Assembly: GCF_011745625.1 (NCBI RefSeq)
Contig: NW_027191463.1
Span: forward strand, 62,001 to 126,000
Direction: 5' to 3'
From: Cladosporium halotolerans
Taxonomy: Eukaryota
Length of the DNA: 64,000 nt
Shown: in pieces, positions 1-12,700 of the stretch
Layout of the letters: the number at the start of each line of letters is the position of its first letter
Numbering within the stretch: the first letter of the stretch is position 1
Notes under the pieces: generated by a model
Told to the model about the DNA's origin: nothing
The model's input: only the letters and a program-made list of their open reading frames with translations
Database searches by the model: none
Program-made: the position numbers and the translations under genes

Positions 1-3000
1 TCCAGCACCTTCCAGCGGAGCGTCTGGATTCGGTGGAGCGACAGACTTCAGCTTCCCCGCCGGCCAGAACCGAGGCGAGAACACCGCCCCTCGTGGCGGC
101 AGAGGAGGTGGATCTGCAGGCAGCGGACACGCTCGGAGACACTCACTTGCGCTTCCCGAAGCGAAGAAGGCTGCCGAGGCGGCTGAGGCGAAGAGGAAGA
201 CTAGTGGTTTCCAATTCCCTATCCCGAACGCCAGCGGCGCTTCTCCCAACCGCTCCGAGAGCCCTGCCAACCCGGCCGATGCGCAGCAGACGCCCCCAAG
301 CGCCTCTAGAGGCGGCATGGGCGGCCGTGGCCATGGCCGCAGCCAGAGCATGGCTGTCGGTGGCAGAGGTATGGGCAGCATGTCCAACACCGGCCGCGGT
401 GGCCCCTCCGGCTTTCAGTTCCCTCCTCCGCAGGCTACCAACGACGCTGGGGCCAACTCCCAGAACGACATCCTGCGTCGTGGAAGTGGCCACGGCAGGC
501 AAAGCTCTCGCAATTTCGACTCCAACTGGCGCCAGCCTCAGCCTCAGGCCCCTACCAACGAGCAGCAGGGTCAAAACATGGGCAACTTCAACATGAACCA
601 GCACACGACCGCCCAGCCGTTCCAGCCCGGCCATCGCCAGCGTGGCTCCATGCAGGCGCAGTCCGTCAGCTCTCTGGGCAACTTCCAGTACCAGCCGCAG
701 CCTCCGCTCATGCAGTTACCTCAGGGCCAGGTCCTCCTTCAGCAGCCTAATGTGTTTGCCGGTCAGCAGCTCAACGCTCTTCAGATGGCTCAGATCCAGG
801 CCTACCAGCAGGCCGGCATCCAGCCGAACTTGGCTACGATCACTGGCAGCCAGCACAACGCCCCGCAGATGGGCCCTGGCATGGGCCAGCAGCAACAGCA
901 GCGCAAGACACTCTTCACTCCTTACCTGCCGCAGGCAACGCTGCCCGCGCTCCTCGCCAACGGTCAGCTCGTCGCGGGTACTCTCCGTGTCAACAAGAAG
1001 AACCGCAGCGACGCCTACGTCACGACGGCTGACCTCGATGCGGACATCTTCATTTGCGGTAGCAAGGACCGCAACCGTGCTCTTGAGGGCGATCTCGTTG
1101 CTATTGAGCTTCTTGATGTCGATGAGGTCTGGGGCCAGAAGCGCGAGAAGGAAGAGAAGAAAAAGCGCAAGGATGTCTCTGATAGGAGCGGAAGCATCCA
1201 CGCTGTCAACGACGCTACCACCCAGCCCGAAAGCTCTTCCGCCGCTCAGGAGGGCGGCATTCGCCGCCGCGGCAGTCTGAAGCAGCGCCCGACCCAGAAG
1301 AAGAACGACGACGTCGAGGTCGAGGGTCAGAGCCTGCTCCTCATGGAGGAGGATGAGATCAACGATGATCAGAAGCCGCTCTACGCTGGTCATGTCGTTG
1401 CTGTCATCGAGCGTGTAGCTGGCCAGATGTTCTCCGGCTCACTCGGTCTGCTTCGCCCCAGCAGCCAGGCCACCAAGGAGAAGCAAGAGGCCGAGCGCCA
1501 GGCTCGCGAAGGTGGCAACGCCCGTCAGCAGGAGCGTCAGCAAGAGAGGCCCAAGATTGTCTGGTTCAAGCCAACCGACAAGCGTGTGCCTTTGATCGCC
1601 ATTCCGACCGAGCAGGCCCCCAAGGACTTCGTGGAGAAGCACCAGGAATACAGCAACAAGATCTTCGTCGCTTGCATCAAGCGCTGGCCCATCACTTCCC
1701 TCCATCCTTTCGGTACCTTGGTTGAGCAGCTTGGCGAGGCCGGTGAACTTAAGGTGGAGACCGATGCCTTGCTTCGCGACAACAACTTCGGCCCCGACGA
1801 GTTCTCCGATGCCGTCGTCAAGAACGTTGGCCACGATGAGTGGTCCGTTGCCAATGACGGTGAGGAGGCTCTTGCCAACCGTCGCGACTTCCGCGATGAG
1901 AACACCTTCACCATTGACCCCAACGGCAGCAAGGAGCTTGACGACGCTCTCCACCTGAAGGATCTTGGTGATGGCATCTACGAAATTGGTGTCCACGTTG
2001 CAGACGTGGCTCATTTCGTCAAGGCCAACTCTCTTGTCGACCGTGAGGCCAAGAAGCGTGGCACCGGAGTCTACTTGATGAATAGAACCGTCAACATGCT
2101 TCCGGCCAAGCTTTCTGCCGAGATTTGCTGCCTCCAGCCCGGCGAAGAGCGCTACACCGTCTCCGTCGTGTTCAAGGTCAATGCTTCTACTGGCCAAGTT
2201 TTCGAGGATGACACTTGGGTCGGCAAGAGTGTGATCAAGAGCACTGGCAAGCTTTCGTACGATGAGGTCGACGCCGTTATCGGCGGCAACGGCACCCACT
2301 CCCTTGACCAGAGCCGTGTGCAGGATATCAAGATTCTTAACGATGTCACTCAGCGCTTCCGTCAGGCTCGCTTTGGAGGCGAGGAGTCTTCGATCCCGCC
2401 GCTCCGCCTGCTGTACCAGCTTGACGACGAGAACGTTCCTGTAGAGCAGAACATCTTCGACTCCAGCCCATCCCACGAGATGATCGAGGAGCTCAGCCAC
2501 AAGACCAATGCCTTTGTCGCGGAGAAGATCCATGCTGCCATGCCTGAAAAGGCCCTCCTGCGCCGCCAGGCAGCTCCCAACCAGCGTCGTCTGAACCTGT
2601 TTGCAGAGCGCATGAACAACATCGGCTACGAAGTCGACATCTCCAGCAGCGCTGCTTTGCAGAACAGCCTCTTCCGCATTGAGGATGCCGATGTCAGAAA
2701 GGGCATGGAAACGCTCGTCGTCAAGGCCATGTCCCGTGCGAAGTACTTCATCCCGAGCAAGATCCCTGACAACACTCTTTCGCACTACGCCTTCAACGTG
2801 CCTCTGTACACGCACTTCACCAACCCCTCTCGTCGCTATGCAGACATTGTCGTCCACCGCCAGCTTGAGGCTGCCCTCTCTGACGGCGCCATTGAGTTTG
2901 CTGAGGACGCGGAGAACCTTTCGAAGACCGCCGAAAGCTGCAACACCAAGAAGGACTCGGCCTTTGCTGCTCAGGAGCAGAGTGTCCACATCGAATCTTG

Positions 3001-3750
3001 CCGCATGATGAACCGTACGATCCAGGAGTCCAACACTGACCTCATCAGCGTTGGCATTGTCGTTTGCGTGTACGAAAGCGCCTTCGATGTCCTCATCCCA
3101 GAATACGGCTTCGAGAAGCGCGTGCACTGCGATCAGCTGCCGCTCAAGAAGGCGGAATTCAACAAGGATACTCGTCTCCTAGAGCTCTACTGGGAGAAGG
3201 GTGTTCCTTCCGGCGCCTTCGTGCCGGAGGATGAACGTCCCAAGGCTGGTTCTGGTCGCGGCATGGGATCTGCCACTGCTGCGAAGTCGGCCGCCTCTGC
3301 CAAGGAAAGCCAGGAGGCTGAGCGCCGTGCTATGAACGCCGGCACCATCGATACCAACGACGTTGACGCCCTGTTCGACGATGACGATGACAACGCGTCC
3401 GATGCTACCGCTGAGCACTCCGGCGTCGCTCTGAATGGCGACCGTGCAACCCAGTCCGGCCCACCGAGCCCGACTCGCAACGGCCTTGTGCCGCAGCGTA
3501 GCCAGAGCGACAGCCGCATCAAGAACGCGTCCTCCAACAAGGACAAGTACCTTGACCTGTTCACCCTGCGCCAAGAGGGCAACAACTACATCCAGGATGT
3601 CCGTGAGATGACCCGTGTGCCGGTGCTGCTGAAGACCGACCTCACCAAGAGCCCACCGTAAGTTTCACGCTTTCCACTCTCCAAAATCTATCTGCTGACC
3701 TGCCTGACAGTTGCCTGACTATCCGCTCGCTCAACCCGTACGCGCTTTGA
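1..3750 (+). CDS. SSD1: Ssd1 RNase II/RNB-family RNA-binding protein (5' truncated by window)
   Basis: The frame is open from the window start and includes HARRHSLALPE (HxRxxS kinase motif), a Q-rich region, RKTLFTPYLPQ, and RNB motifs TIDP..ELDDA and YTHFTNPSRRYAD. Intron 3658-3710 (GTAAGT..CTGAC..CAG) gives the C-terminus PCLTIRSLNPYAL*. Confidence 0.95.
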
Positions 3751-4720
3751 GTGAAGCAACCGGCTTCCCTGATTCGTTCGACCGTGGAGCACATCCCTCC
3801 TGACTACCTTTGCCATACCACATCTGCACATGTGCCGAAATACTCAGCACAAAGTTCTAGGATACCGCTACAAACCACAGCAGGGCTCCGGCGCAGCGTA
3901 AAACCACGCCACCCCTCGACTATACCGCGCTCACCGCGCCACTGACCGAATACATTCATTAATACTGGGCATCTGGCTACGGACTTTGCTCTCGTGGAAA
4001 CGAGAACAACATCAACGCTTCTGAGCCATGATAAAGCGACACCCCTGGCGGCTTCTCGAGGCATGGCCAGTGTACGTTTTAGAGATTGAAGGGGCAGATC
4101 TTCCGAGACGATGGGGACTTGAAGACAGGATGAGGTAGGCTAGCGAGGAGATTTTAGAGAGATCAGGAGGTAGGATGAGATCGATTTCGCAGAATTGTTA
4201 TCCGGGGTCTGTCTATTTAGTAATGCTGTGTTATTGAAATGGTTTTTCTTCTTCATTTCGTGCTTGTTCTTGCTACCCAAATTGATGCTCTGGTTCTTTG
4301 AAGCGAGTTGCAAAAGCGTTTTTGAGTGCGTTGCTCGATATCTTCGCTAGATTACGATTACGATATGTATCTTATGATCGGAATAAACGCTACCGTGGTG
4401 ATGAATCGACAGGTCAATGCAATACATACTTCCATCGATAGCCCTAAGCGCCTGCTGTTTCTGTTCCCCGCCTGACTTTCGGCTCCTTCGTTCATCGATC
4501 CGCCCTCCTGCGTTCGTAGAACGACGACGCAAGCTCGTTGCTGCTTGCCGGCCTTGGAGAACCGAACAAGAAAGTATAAGAACACGGCAGACCACACGGC
4601 CCAGGGCAACGCTCCTGCATCGGCAACAGCTCAACGCAATCCCATCCCTCAAACCACCGAACCTCCGCCCACCATTCACACCTAGCAACAAAACCCTCCC
4701 CAACACCATGACCGACCACC

Positions 4721-5259
4721 ATGCCCACCCCCGCCCTCCTGCACTTCACCTCCCGCCTCCTCAACCGCATGGCACCTGCCCGACGGCCTCAACTGCTCCT
4801 CGCACGTCCCGGACCTCGCGCCGCGGTACCAGCACGCCAGCGACGGCCGCTTCCTCGCTTTGTACACGCTCAACGACGTTGGCTTCTGCGAGGGCGAAGC
4901 TTTGGGGAAGCTGACGAGGTATTCGAGGTTTAGTGATGTGCTGGGCGAGGATGTTGTGGGGGTTGGGGTGGGTGGGGAGTTGGGAGGCTGCTGGTGGGGA
5001 GGGGCTTGCGGGGGCGGTGGTTTGTGTTTGGGTTGATCGGGATTGGGAGTGGTGTGCGAAGAGGCATAAGGCGCTGGTTGGGGAGGGGAAGGGGTTTTGT
5101 TAGAGGATGACGGCGTGGAGGAGGGTTGGTGGTGAGCAGCCGGAGCTGCTGGTTGTTGAGGAGTGGGACTGTGGCCAGGGGAGATTGACGGGGAGGGGTT
5201 GGGGGAGGGGGTGCTTTAAAAGCGATATTTGGGGGTTGATTCAGGCGCAGGGGACTTAG
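4721..5259 (+). pseudogene. Probable decayed gene resembling fungal tandem EthD-like (dimeric alpha/beta barrel) proteins
   Basis: Protein-like segments lie in three different frames: MPTPALLHFTSRL / AWHLPDGL..RYQ..FLALYTLND / WCAKRHKALV..GFC*R..LLVVEEWD. There is an in-frame TAG at 5101. Family resemblance was judged by eye only. Confidence 0.35.
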
Positions 5260-5344
5260 GAGAGCAAGTTGTAGTGTTCAGGGGAGGGAGGGACGGCTTG
5301 TGCGGACAGAAGAGATGCCGTTGCGCATGATTTTGCTTAGCTTG

Positions 5345-6153
5345 CTAGTTGCTGGCACGCAGGGCGCCTTGTAGATGCAGAATGCCACTGATGACGCCGT
5401 CGACGATCTTGATTCTGTTTCCTTCTTCCTCTCCCAAGTGCTCGATGCAGGCTTCACGGACCGTCTTGTCCATGCCAGCCATACCGGCGCAGCCTAGGCA
5501 GATGGCTCGAGCTTTCTTGTCGAGGAGACGCTTGGTTGCGTTTTTCATGCGCTTGTCGACCTCTTCCTTTGGTGTGGTGTGCAGCTCGACGGCGTTCAAG
5601 CCTGTGGTTTCGGTGCCAGCGTACCTCGACGATGAGGCAGAGCCGAGGAGGTTAGTGACAGCATCCCCTAGAATCTCCTCCCACTGCTTGCCAGTGCTGA
5701 CAATACCGAACTTGTCATGCACATTCAGAGATTGCAGACAACTGGCGACTGACGCCTCGAAGATGCCCGTGACGGCTTTGCCGTGCATATTGCGTTCTGC
5801 GATCAAGCTTCGGAGTGCCGGCACGAGAGGGTGCTGTGAGTAGCAGCAGACCAGAAAACCTTGGCAATCGTTCAGATACGATGACGTTGAAAGTTCGGTC
5901 AAGCATTCGCGAGCGGATATTGCGGCGTCGTCTTCGTTGTTGATGGAGGGCACCCCTGCGGGTGCGGTGTAGTAAATGACTTCCAGCTCATCCTATGCGT
6001 TCCTCGTCAGGGCGAATGATATGTATACCAGATCGGGCACAACGTTACGTCTGTGTAGCCGAGTGAGTCAATGAGCGGCTTCAGGCCATTCGTCATGGCT
6101 CGAGTTGTGTTTGGGTTGATCACGAGGATCGAGCGTTTTGCGGGAGATGCCAT
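5345..6153 (-). CDS. Asp/Glu/hydantoin racemase family protein (Dcg1-like)
   Basis: Motifs ILVINPNTT..MT, PSINN, LVCCYS.HPLV, GIFEAS and ICLGCAGM; intron 5993-6048. Confidence 0.9.
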
Positions 6154-6770
6154 GACTCCTAGAGATGGTATAGCTGTCACGTTCTTCACTGAACGGACGA
6201 TTGGTACAATCGCTCTGGATTTCGTGCTTTGCTGCCTTTATTATTGGTATTTGGCGGGGCTTGGTTGGCACGTGGACTCCGGTGATGCGGGAGAAGATGC
6301 AAGCAGACGCGCAACGCTCCGTGCGGCAGACAGCTCATACGAACTGGCAGGTCCCTTGACGAATCAGCCCTACAAGGCTGGCGTTCAGCCCCCACTTTCT
6401 CAGGGATTACCGTTGCTTCCGGCCCGAGCGACGATCCTAAACGTCGCGACTGAGCCGCAGCAAGCGTCCACCTTACGCGTTGCCTGCGCCTCCTTCGCAG
6501 CCCATTGGAAAGGCAGCTCAATCCTTCAGACACCTCTGGCCGGCCTTGTTATCTCTATCGCCAGGGAAGTGCGGTACAACCATCTCCCGCCACTCCATTA
6601 ACCCGTCCGCCTACCTTCTACTTTCACCGACCGCGCCCAGATAAGCTCCACAGCAGTCTGGGGCGATACAGCAGACACCCCAGCCAGCACCACCGCGCAT
6701 CCTCATGCCGTCTTCCGACCCTTGAGCGACGGCGACCAGGAGTTCAACCACTCCTCGGAGCGCTGACTCC

Positions 6771-9700
6771 ATGGCCAACGGAGCCGAGGACTCACCGTCG
6801 CATCGTCGCAACCGGACCGCCCAAGGAATCCCCCTCCAAACACTGAACGCGGATGGCTTCCAGGATGCGAGCGATGCGGCGGACCATGGCCGACACCGGC
6901 GCACACTCAGCGATAGAGGAAGAGCATTGTTCAGAAGCAGTAGGCAGACATCGCCGGAACAACAGAGACGCTATGCGCCGATAGGGGAGGATTCTCCTAG
7001 CCCACCACAACAATCGGAGCGCATGCCGCTCTCGCCGCACTTATACGTATCTTCACCGTCGGGGGAGCAGTCAAGGATACCAGACGAGGACGACGAGGCG
7101 CCAATGTCTCCGGTGGCTGATAGAGGAGCCTTCCAATCCGCCATAGGCTTCGCAGGCCTGAGTTTCGCCGATACATCCCAATCACAGAACGATGCGGGAG
7201 ACTATATGGAGCATGCGCCTCCGAGAGCAGTAGGGCCACCTCGTGCTACACGTGACAGCCTCCCTCGACTGAGCACGTCCAGAAGTAGTACTGACGACAT
7301 GGTCTCTGTCACGCTGGACGATGGCCCTGCATTCTTCTCCCCCGGCGCAGCAGATGAAGATGATACACAACCTTTGACTGATACCGTACGGCTTCGGCCA
7401 TCAACGTTAGCGGCTCCGGTAACACCTCAGGGTTCTGCTCAAGGACGAAACCGGAGTCAGAGTACCACTCTCAGCGTACGATTTCCTTCTGGACAACGGA
7501 GTCGACGCAGTACCAGCGGCCCTCGGCTAGGGGATGATTTGCATAATTTGGAAGCGGGCGACGGATCTCCAAACTCCAGGCTTGGGACATCACCTTCCAG
7601 CCGGAAGCGATCTTTGTCGCCCGCGTCGTTGGAGTCCCCGTTTACACGTACTGGAAACATGCTACGGAATATGTCGCAGCGAGTCGTCAACTTGAGTCAC
7701 GAACCGGAACTCGTGGAACAAGCGATTAGACGGAAATCATCAGTCAAGGCCATTGACAAAGACCGCGATCTCCCACCTATCCCGGTGATACATCCTGACG
7801 GAGACATGGCGAACGATGCGGACGGCCCGAGTAAATCGCCTGCGAGTGAAAAGGCGCCATCTCCGGTTATGTCAGAAGCCGCTCCAATGGAAAGTCACAT
7901 GCACCACCATACTCCCGAACTCCCGCGAAGAGCAGATCCGAATCCTCTGAGAGGTAAATCGCTTTCCGTCTTCAGCAAGCACAGCAAGGTTCGACGAGCC
8001 CTACTCAGTGCGCTTGTGCACCCTTTCGTGGAGCCCTTCATTCTACTGCTGATTGTTGTCCAAACAATCGTTCTGGCAATCGATTCGGCGGGCAGCATCA
8101 GAGATCCAGACATTGACCAATCGCCAGGATGGGGACACAAGTGGAGCGACTACACCTTGTTTGCCATTTTCCTTGTGTACACCATCGAGACGATCGCGAA
8201 GATCATCGTGTCTGGTTTCATATTCAACCCGAGCGAGTACAGTACTATTGACCGCAGCATCGGCTTGGGAAAAGCCCTCAACAAAAAAGCCAATGAGCTC
8301 TTGACACCACACGCACGGCCTTCAATCCGTCACTCGAAGAGGCCTGTCGCGCCTCACGACATAGAACCGCCGTCCCTCCTGCGTGCCATGACAATGCATA
8401 CGTTTGACGAAGTACCGGGTGGCTCCCGGCAAGCGCAGAAGAAGCGATTAGCTCACAGAGCATATCTGCGCCACTCCTTCAACCGCCTCGACTTCGTCGC
8501 TGTTGTTTCCTTCTGGATATCATTCTTGCTCAACGCTCTGGATGTTGAATGGGGCCATCGACTATACGTCTTCAAGATGATGGCGTGCCTCCGAATCTTA
8601 CGACTCTTGAACATTACGAGCGGAACGTCTGTCATCTTGCGAAGTTTGAAGCGTGCTGCACCCTCACTGCTCAATATCGGCATTTTAATAGGATTCTTTT
8701 GGCTGCTTTTTGGCATCATTGGCGTGCAGAGCTTCAAATCCAGTCTAAGACGAACATGCGTGTGGGACGGCAACAATGCAGATCCACCTCAGGCGAACTA
8801 CACACTGGATGAGCAATATTGTGGTGGATGGTGGGCCCAAGATGGCACGAAGATGCCTTGGGTCTATGCAGATGGACAGCCAGGCGCAACCAAGCACAAG
8901 GGCTATCTGTGCCCCGTCGGATCATATTGTGTTGAGGGCGAGAATCCTTACAACAACACAGTCAGCTTCGACAACGTTGGCAACTCTTTGGAAGAAGTAT
9001 TTGTCATAATGACTTCCAACACTTTCACCGACATAATGTATTACCTGGCCGATACGGACTATCTGATAGCAGCGCTTTATTATGCTTTCGGCATCGTGAT
9101 TCTGTATCTCTGGCTTTTGAACCTGCTTGTTGCTGTCATATCGTCAGCTTTCCAGGTGATCAGAGAAGAGAGCAGGAGCAGTGCTTTCGGAGCTAGAGAA
9201 GAAGATCTTGCCGACGAAGGAACTAAGAGTGAATCGAAACAACAACGTCGTACCAGTGGGCTGAAGCGAGCTTACGAGAAGTCCAAATGGTTCTGGATTG
9301 CCATTATTGTCTACGGCTTGGTTGCACAAAGCATGCGGCACGACACAATGGGCGAATACACATCAGACTTCATCAATGTCTCTGAGCTCATCGTGACATT
9401 GATACTTGTGGGCGAAATCGCGTTCCGCCTAGCCAGCGATTGGCGAGACTTTCCTTTCCATCGACGGAATTGGGTCGATCTTGGGCTCGCAATCATCACC
9501 TTGGTCATCCAAATACCACCCATTCACAACTCTGGCACGCCATACGCTTGGCTCACGTTCTTCCAGATCGTCAGAATCTATCGAGTCGTGCTGGCGGTAC
9601 CAATTACGCGCGATTTGATCATGTTGGTCCTGCGACACGTGTCTGGTGTGCTCAACCTCATCTTGTTCGTGTTCCTCCTTACTTTCCTTGCGGCAATCTT

Positions 9701-12700
9701 CGCCACTCAGCTGTTCCGCGGTATAATCACCGACGACGAGGCGAGAGTCACATTTGGCACGGTCTTCAACTCATTCCTTGGGATGTACCAGATTCTGTCA
9801 ACAGAGGACTGGACCAGCATCTTGTATGCAGTTACAGAATCCAGTAGCCATTGGGGTACTGCATGGATCGGAGCCTTGTTCTTCATTTTGTGGTTCATCC
9901 TGGCCAACTTCATCACGCTGAACATGTTCATTGCTGTCATCCAGGAGAACTTCGACGTCAGCGAAGACCAGAAACGTCTACAGCAAGTCAGGATGTTCTT
10001 GCAACAGAAGGAGCAAGGTAGCTCTGCTAGCAGCACAATGAGCTTGTTCAGCATCTTCAAGTTTGGACAAGCACGACGTCAGGATCCCCTCGATTTTGGC
10101 AGTGCGGCCACGGAAATGCTGATGAAAGACGCTGTTGTACGCGATTTCCTTGACGAGGTTGAGCCAGATGAGAACGATCCACAACCCGCGCCGATGAAAC
10201 GGTTCTCCACGATGAATATTGGCACGACTAAGCCGGGCTTCTGGACGGCCATCTGGGACAAGACCGGAGGCCGCCTTTCCCGCGGCCCGCCAAATCCTTT
10301 TTATGCGAGGCTGCATCTCTCTAAGCCTTATGAAGAATTGGATCCCCGAAGTCTCGCCAAAGAAGTCGTTGCTGCTACTGAGGTGCGGAAGCAGACCCAG
10401 AGAGATTACCTCAAGCTGCATCCAAACTACAACAAGTCGCTCTTCATCTTCAAGCCGTACAACCCAATTCGCAAGCTCTGCCAGCGAATGGTCGGACCTG
10501 GACGTGGTCACGAGCGTATCGAGGGTGTTGCCCCAAATCCGACGGTGTGGTACGTGTTCTCGGCGTTTGTCTACTGTGCTATCGTCGGCATGGTATTGCT
10601 CGCCTGTGTCACAACGCCACTGTACCAGAAAGAATACTTTGAGCAGCCTGGGCGCGAGTTCAGTGTCAAGAACTGGTTCGTGTTCACCGATATCGGCTTT
10701 GCTGCGCTTTTCACTGTCGAGGCCATCATCAAGGTCATTGCGGATGGCGCTTTCTTCACGCCTAATGCCTACTTCCGCAGCTCATGGGGTTTCATTGACG
10801 GCATTGTGCTCTGCACTTTGTGGGCAAGTGTCATCACCTATCTCTCCGATCCCGGCAATGGATCGCGTGCTGTGGGTGCTTTCAAAGCTCTGAGAGCCTT
10901 GCGGCTCCTCAACGTCAGTGATAGTGCTAGGAACACCTTTCACTCTCTCATTGTCCTTGGAATCTGGAAGCTCACGTCTGCAGCGCTTGTTTCGTTGAGC
11001 TTGCTGATTCCGTTCGCCATCTATGGCTTGAATCTATTTGCCGGGCAAATGCAAAGCTGCAACGATGGTGGTGCAGGCATCACCAATCTGACTGATTGCG
11101 TCGGAGAATACACTAGCCAGCCTTACAACTGGGACGTACTTGTACCGCGAGCGGTCGGCAACGACTTCTACGACTTCGATAGCTTTGGCGGAGCGCTCTT
11201 CATTCTCTTCCAGATCGTGTCTCAAGAGGGCTGGGTGGATGTCATGTGGAGCGGCCAATCTGCCACGGGCGTTTTCACGCAACCGCAAGATTTCTCGACG
11301 CAAGGAAATGCGGTCTACTTCGTGATCTTCAACTTGCTTGGAGCGGTGTTCATTCTGACACTGTTTGTGTCCGTCTTCATGCGCAACTTCTCGGAACAGA
11401 CGGGTGTTGCTTTCCTGACTGCAGAGCAGAGGTCATGGTTGGAGTTGCGGAAATTGCTGCGCCAGGTCTCGCCGTCCAAGCGGCCATCGGCGAAGGAGAA
11501 ACGCGACACCTGGCAAGAATGGTGCTATCGTCGTGCTGTTACCAAGAACGGTCGGTGGCAGAAAGGCATTACTGCTTTGCTCGTGGTGCATTTGATCCTC
11601 CTGATGCTCGAATTCTACCCGGAGCCACAGGGCTGGAGTATGGCGAGAGACTACCTCTTTCTCCTCTTCACGCTGCTCTATATCGCCAACATCGTCATCC
11701 GAATCATCGGCTTGTCTTGGCTGCGCTTCAGAAGAAGCGCGTGGGATGTTTACTCTCTCTTTGCGGTGTCAGGCACCTTCATCACGACACTTATGCTTCT
11801 TTCCGACTTCAAAGATCGAACATTCATCCAGTTTCAGAAGCTGTTCTTGGTCTCGGTGGCGCTAATGATCATCCCGAGAAACAATCAACTCGACCAGCTC
11901 TTCAAGACCGGTGCTGCCAGTCTTGGATCAATCGTCAATCTGCTGGCGACTTGGTTCGTTTTCTTTCTCGTGTTTGCCATCGCGCTCACACAGACGTTCG
12001 GTCTCACGCGACTCGGAGACGAGACAAGCGCGAACGCCAATTTTCGCACGGTGCCAAAAGCCCTCATCCTGCTCTTTAGGACAAGTGTTGGAGAAGGCTG
12101 GAACGCCCTGATGGAAGACTTCGCCGCGATCGAGGCGCCCTTCTGCACCGTCGGCACCCGCTACTACGACGGAGACTGCGGCAGCGAAAAGTGGGCTCGC
12201 GCTCTGTTCATCTCCTGGAACATTCTGAGCATGTACATTTTCGTCAACTTGTTCATCTCGCTGATCTACGAGAACTTCTCGTACGTGTACCAGAGGAGTA
12301 GCGGGCTATCCATCATCAGCAGAGAGGAAATTCGTCGCTTCAAGCAAGCTTGGGCAGAGTTTGACCCTGTTGGCACCGGCTACATTTCCAAGGAAGCGTT
12401 CCCTCGTTTCCTTGGTGAACTTTCTGGCGTTTTCGAGATGAGGGTATACGATGGCGATTTCACGGTCGGCGCGTTCCTGGAAGAATGCCAAGTTGACAGT
12501 CCACTCCGTCGGACGAACTCCCTGCCGCTGGATGGTGCTATGAGTTACGAGCCCAGACAACTCGATCTCGCAAAACTGAACGCGAAGCTCAATGAGATAC
12601 CTGTGGATGAGATCCAGAGGCGGCGAGTTAGGATGAACACCTTTTATGAGGAGGTGCTTGTCTCTGCGGATCCGGATCGTGGAATCGCCTTTGGTACGCT

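Noticed and set aside
1439..3127. 562-aa antisense ORF within SSD1, and similar shadow ORFs in PPN1, the MFS genes and the P450s
   Set aside because: Expected by-product of GC3-biased codon usage on the coding strand; no protein motifs.
9000..12110. Cch1 pore residues N/E/E/E rather than E/E/E/E
   Set aside because: This is the normal pattern for fungal Cch1.
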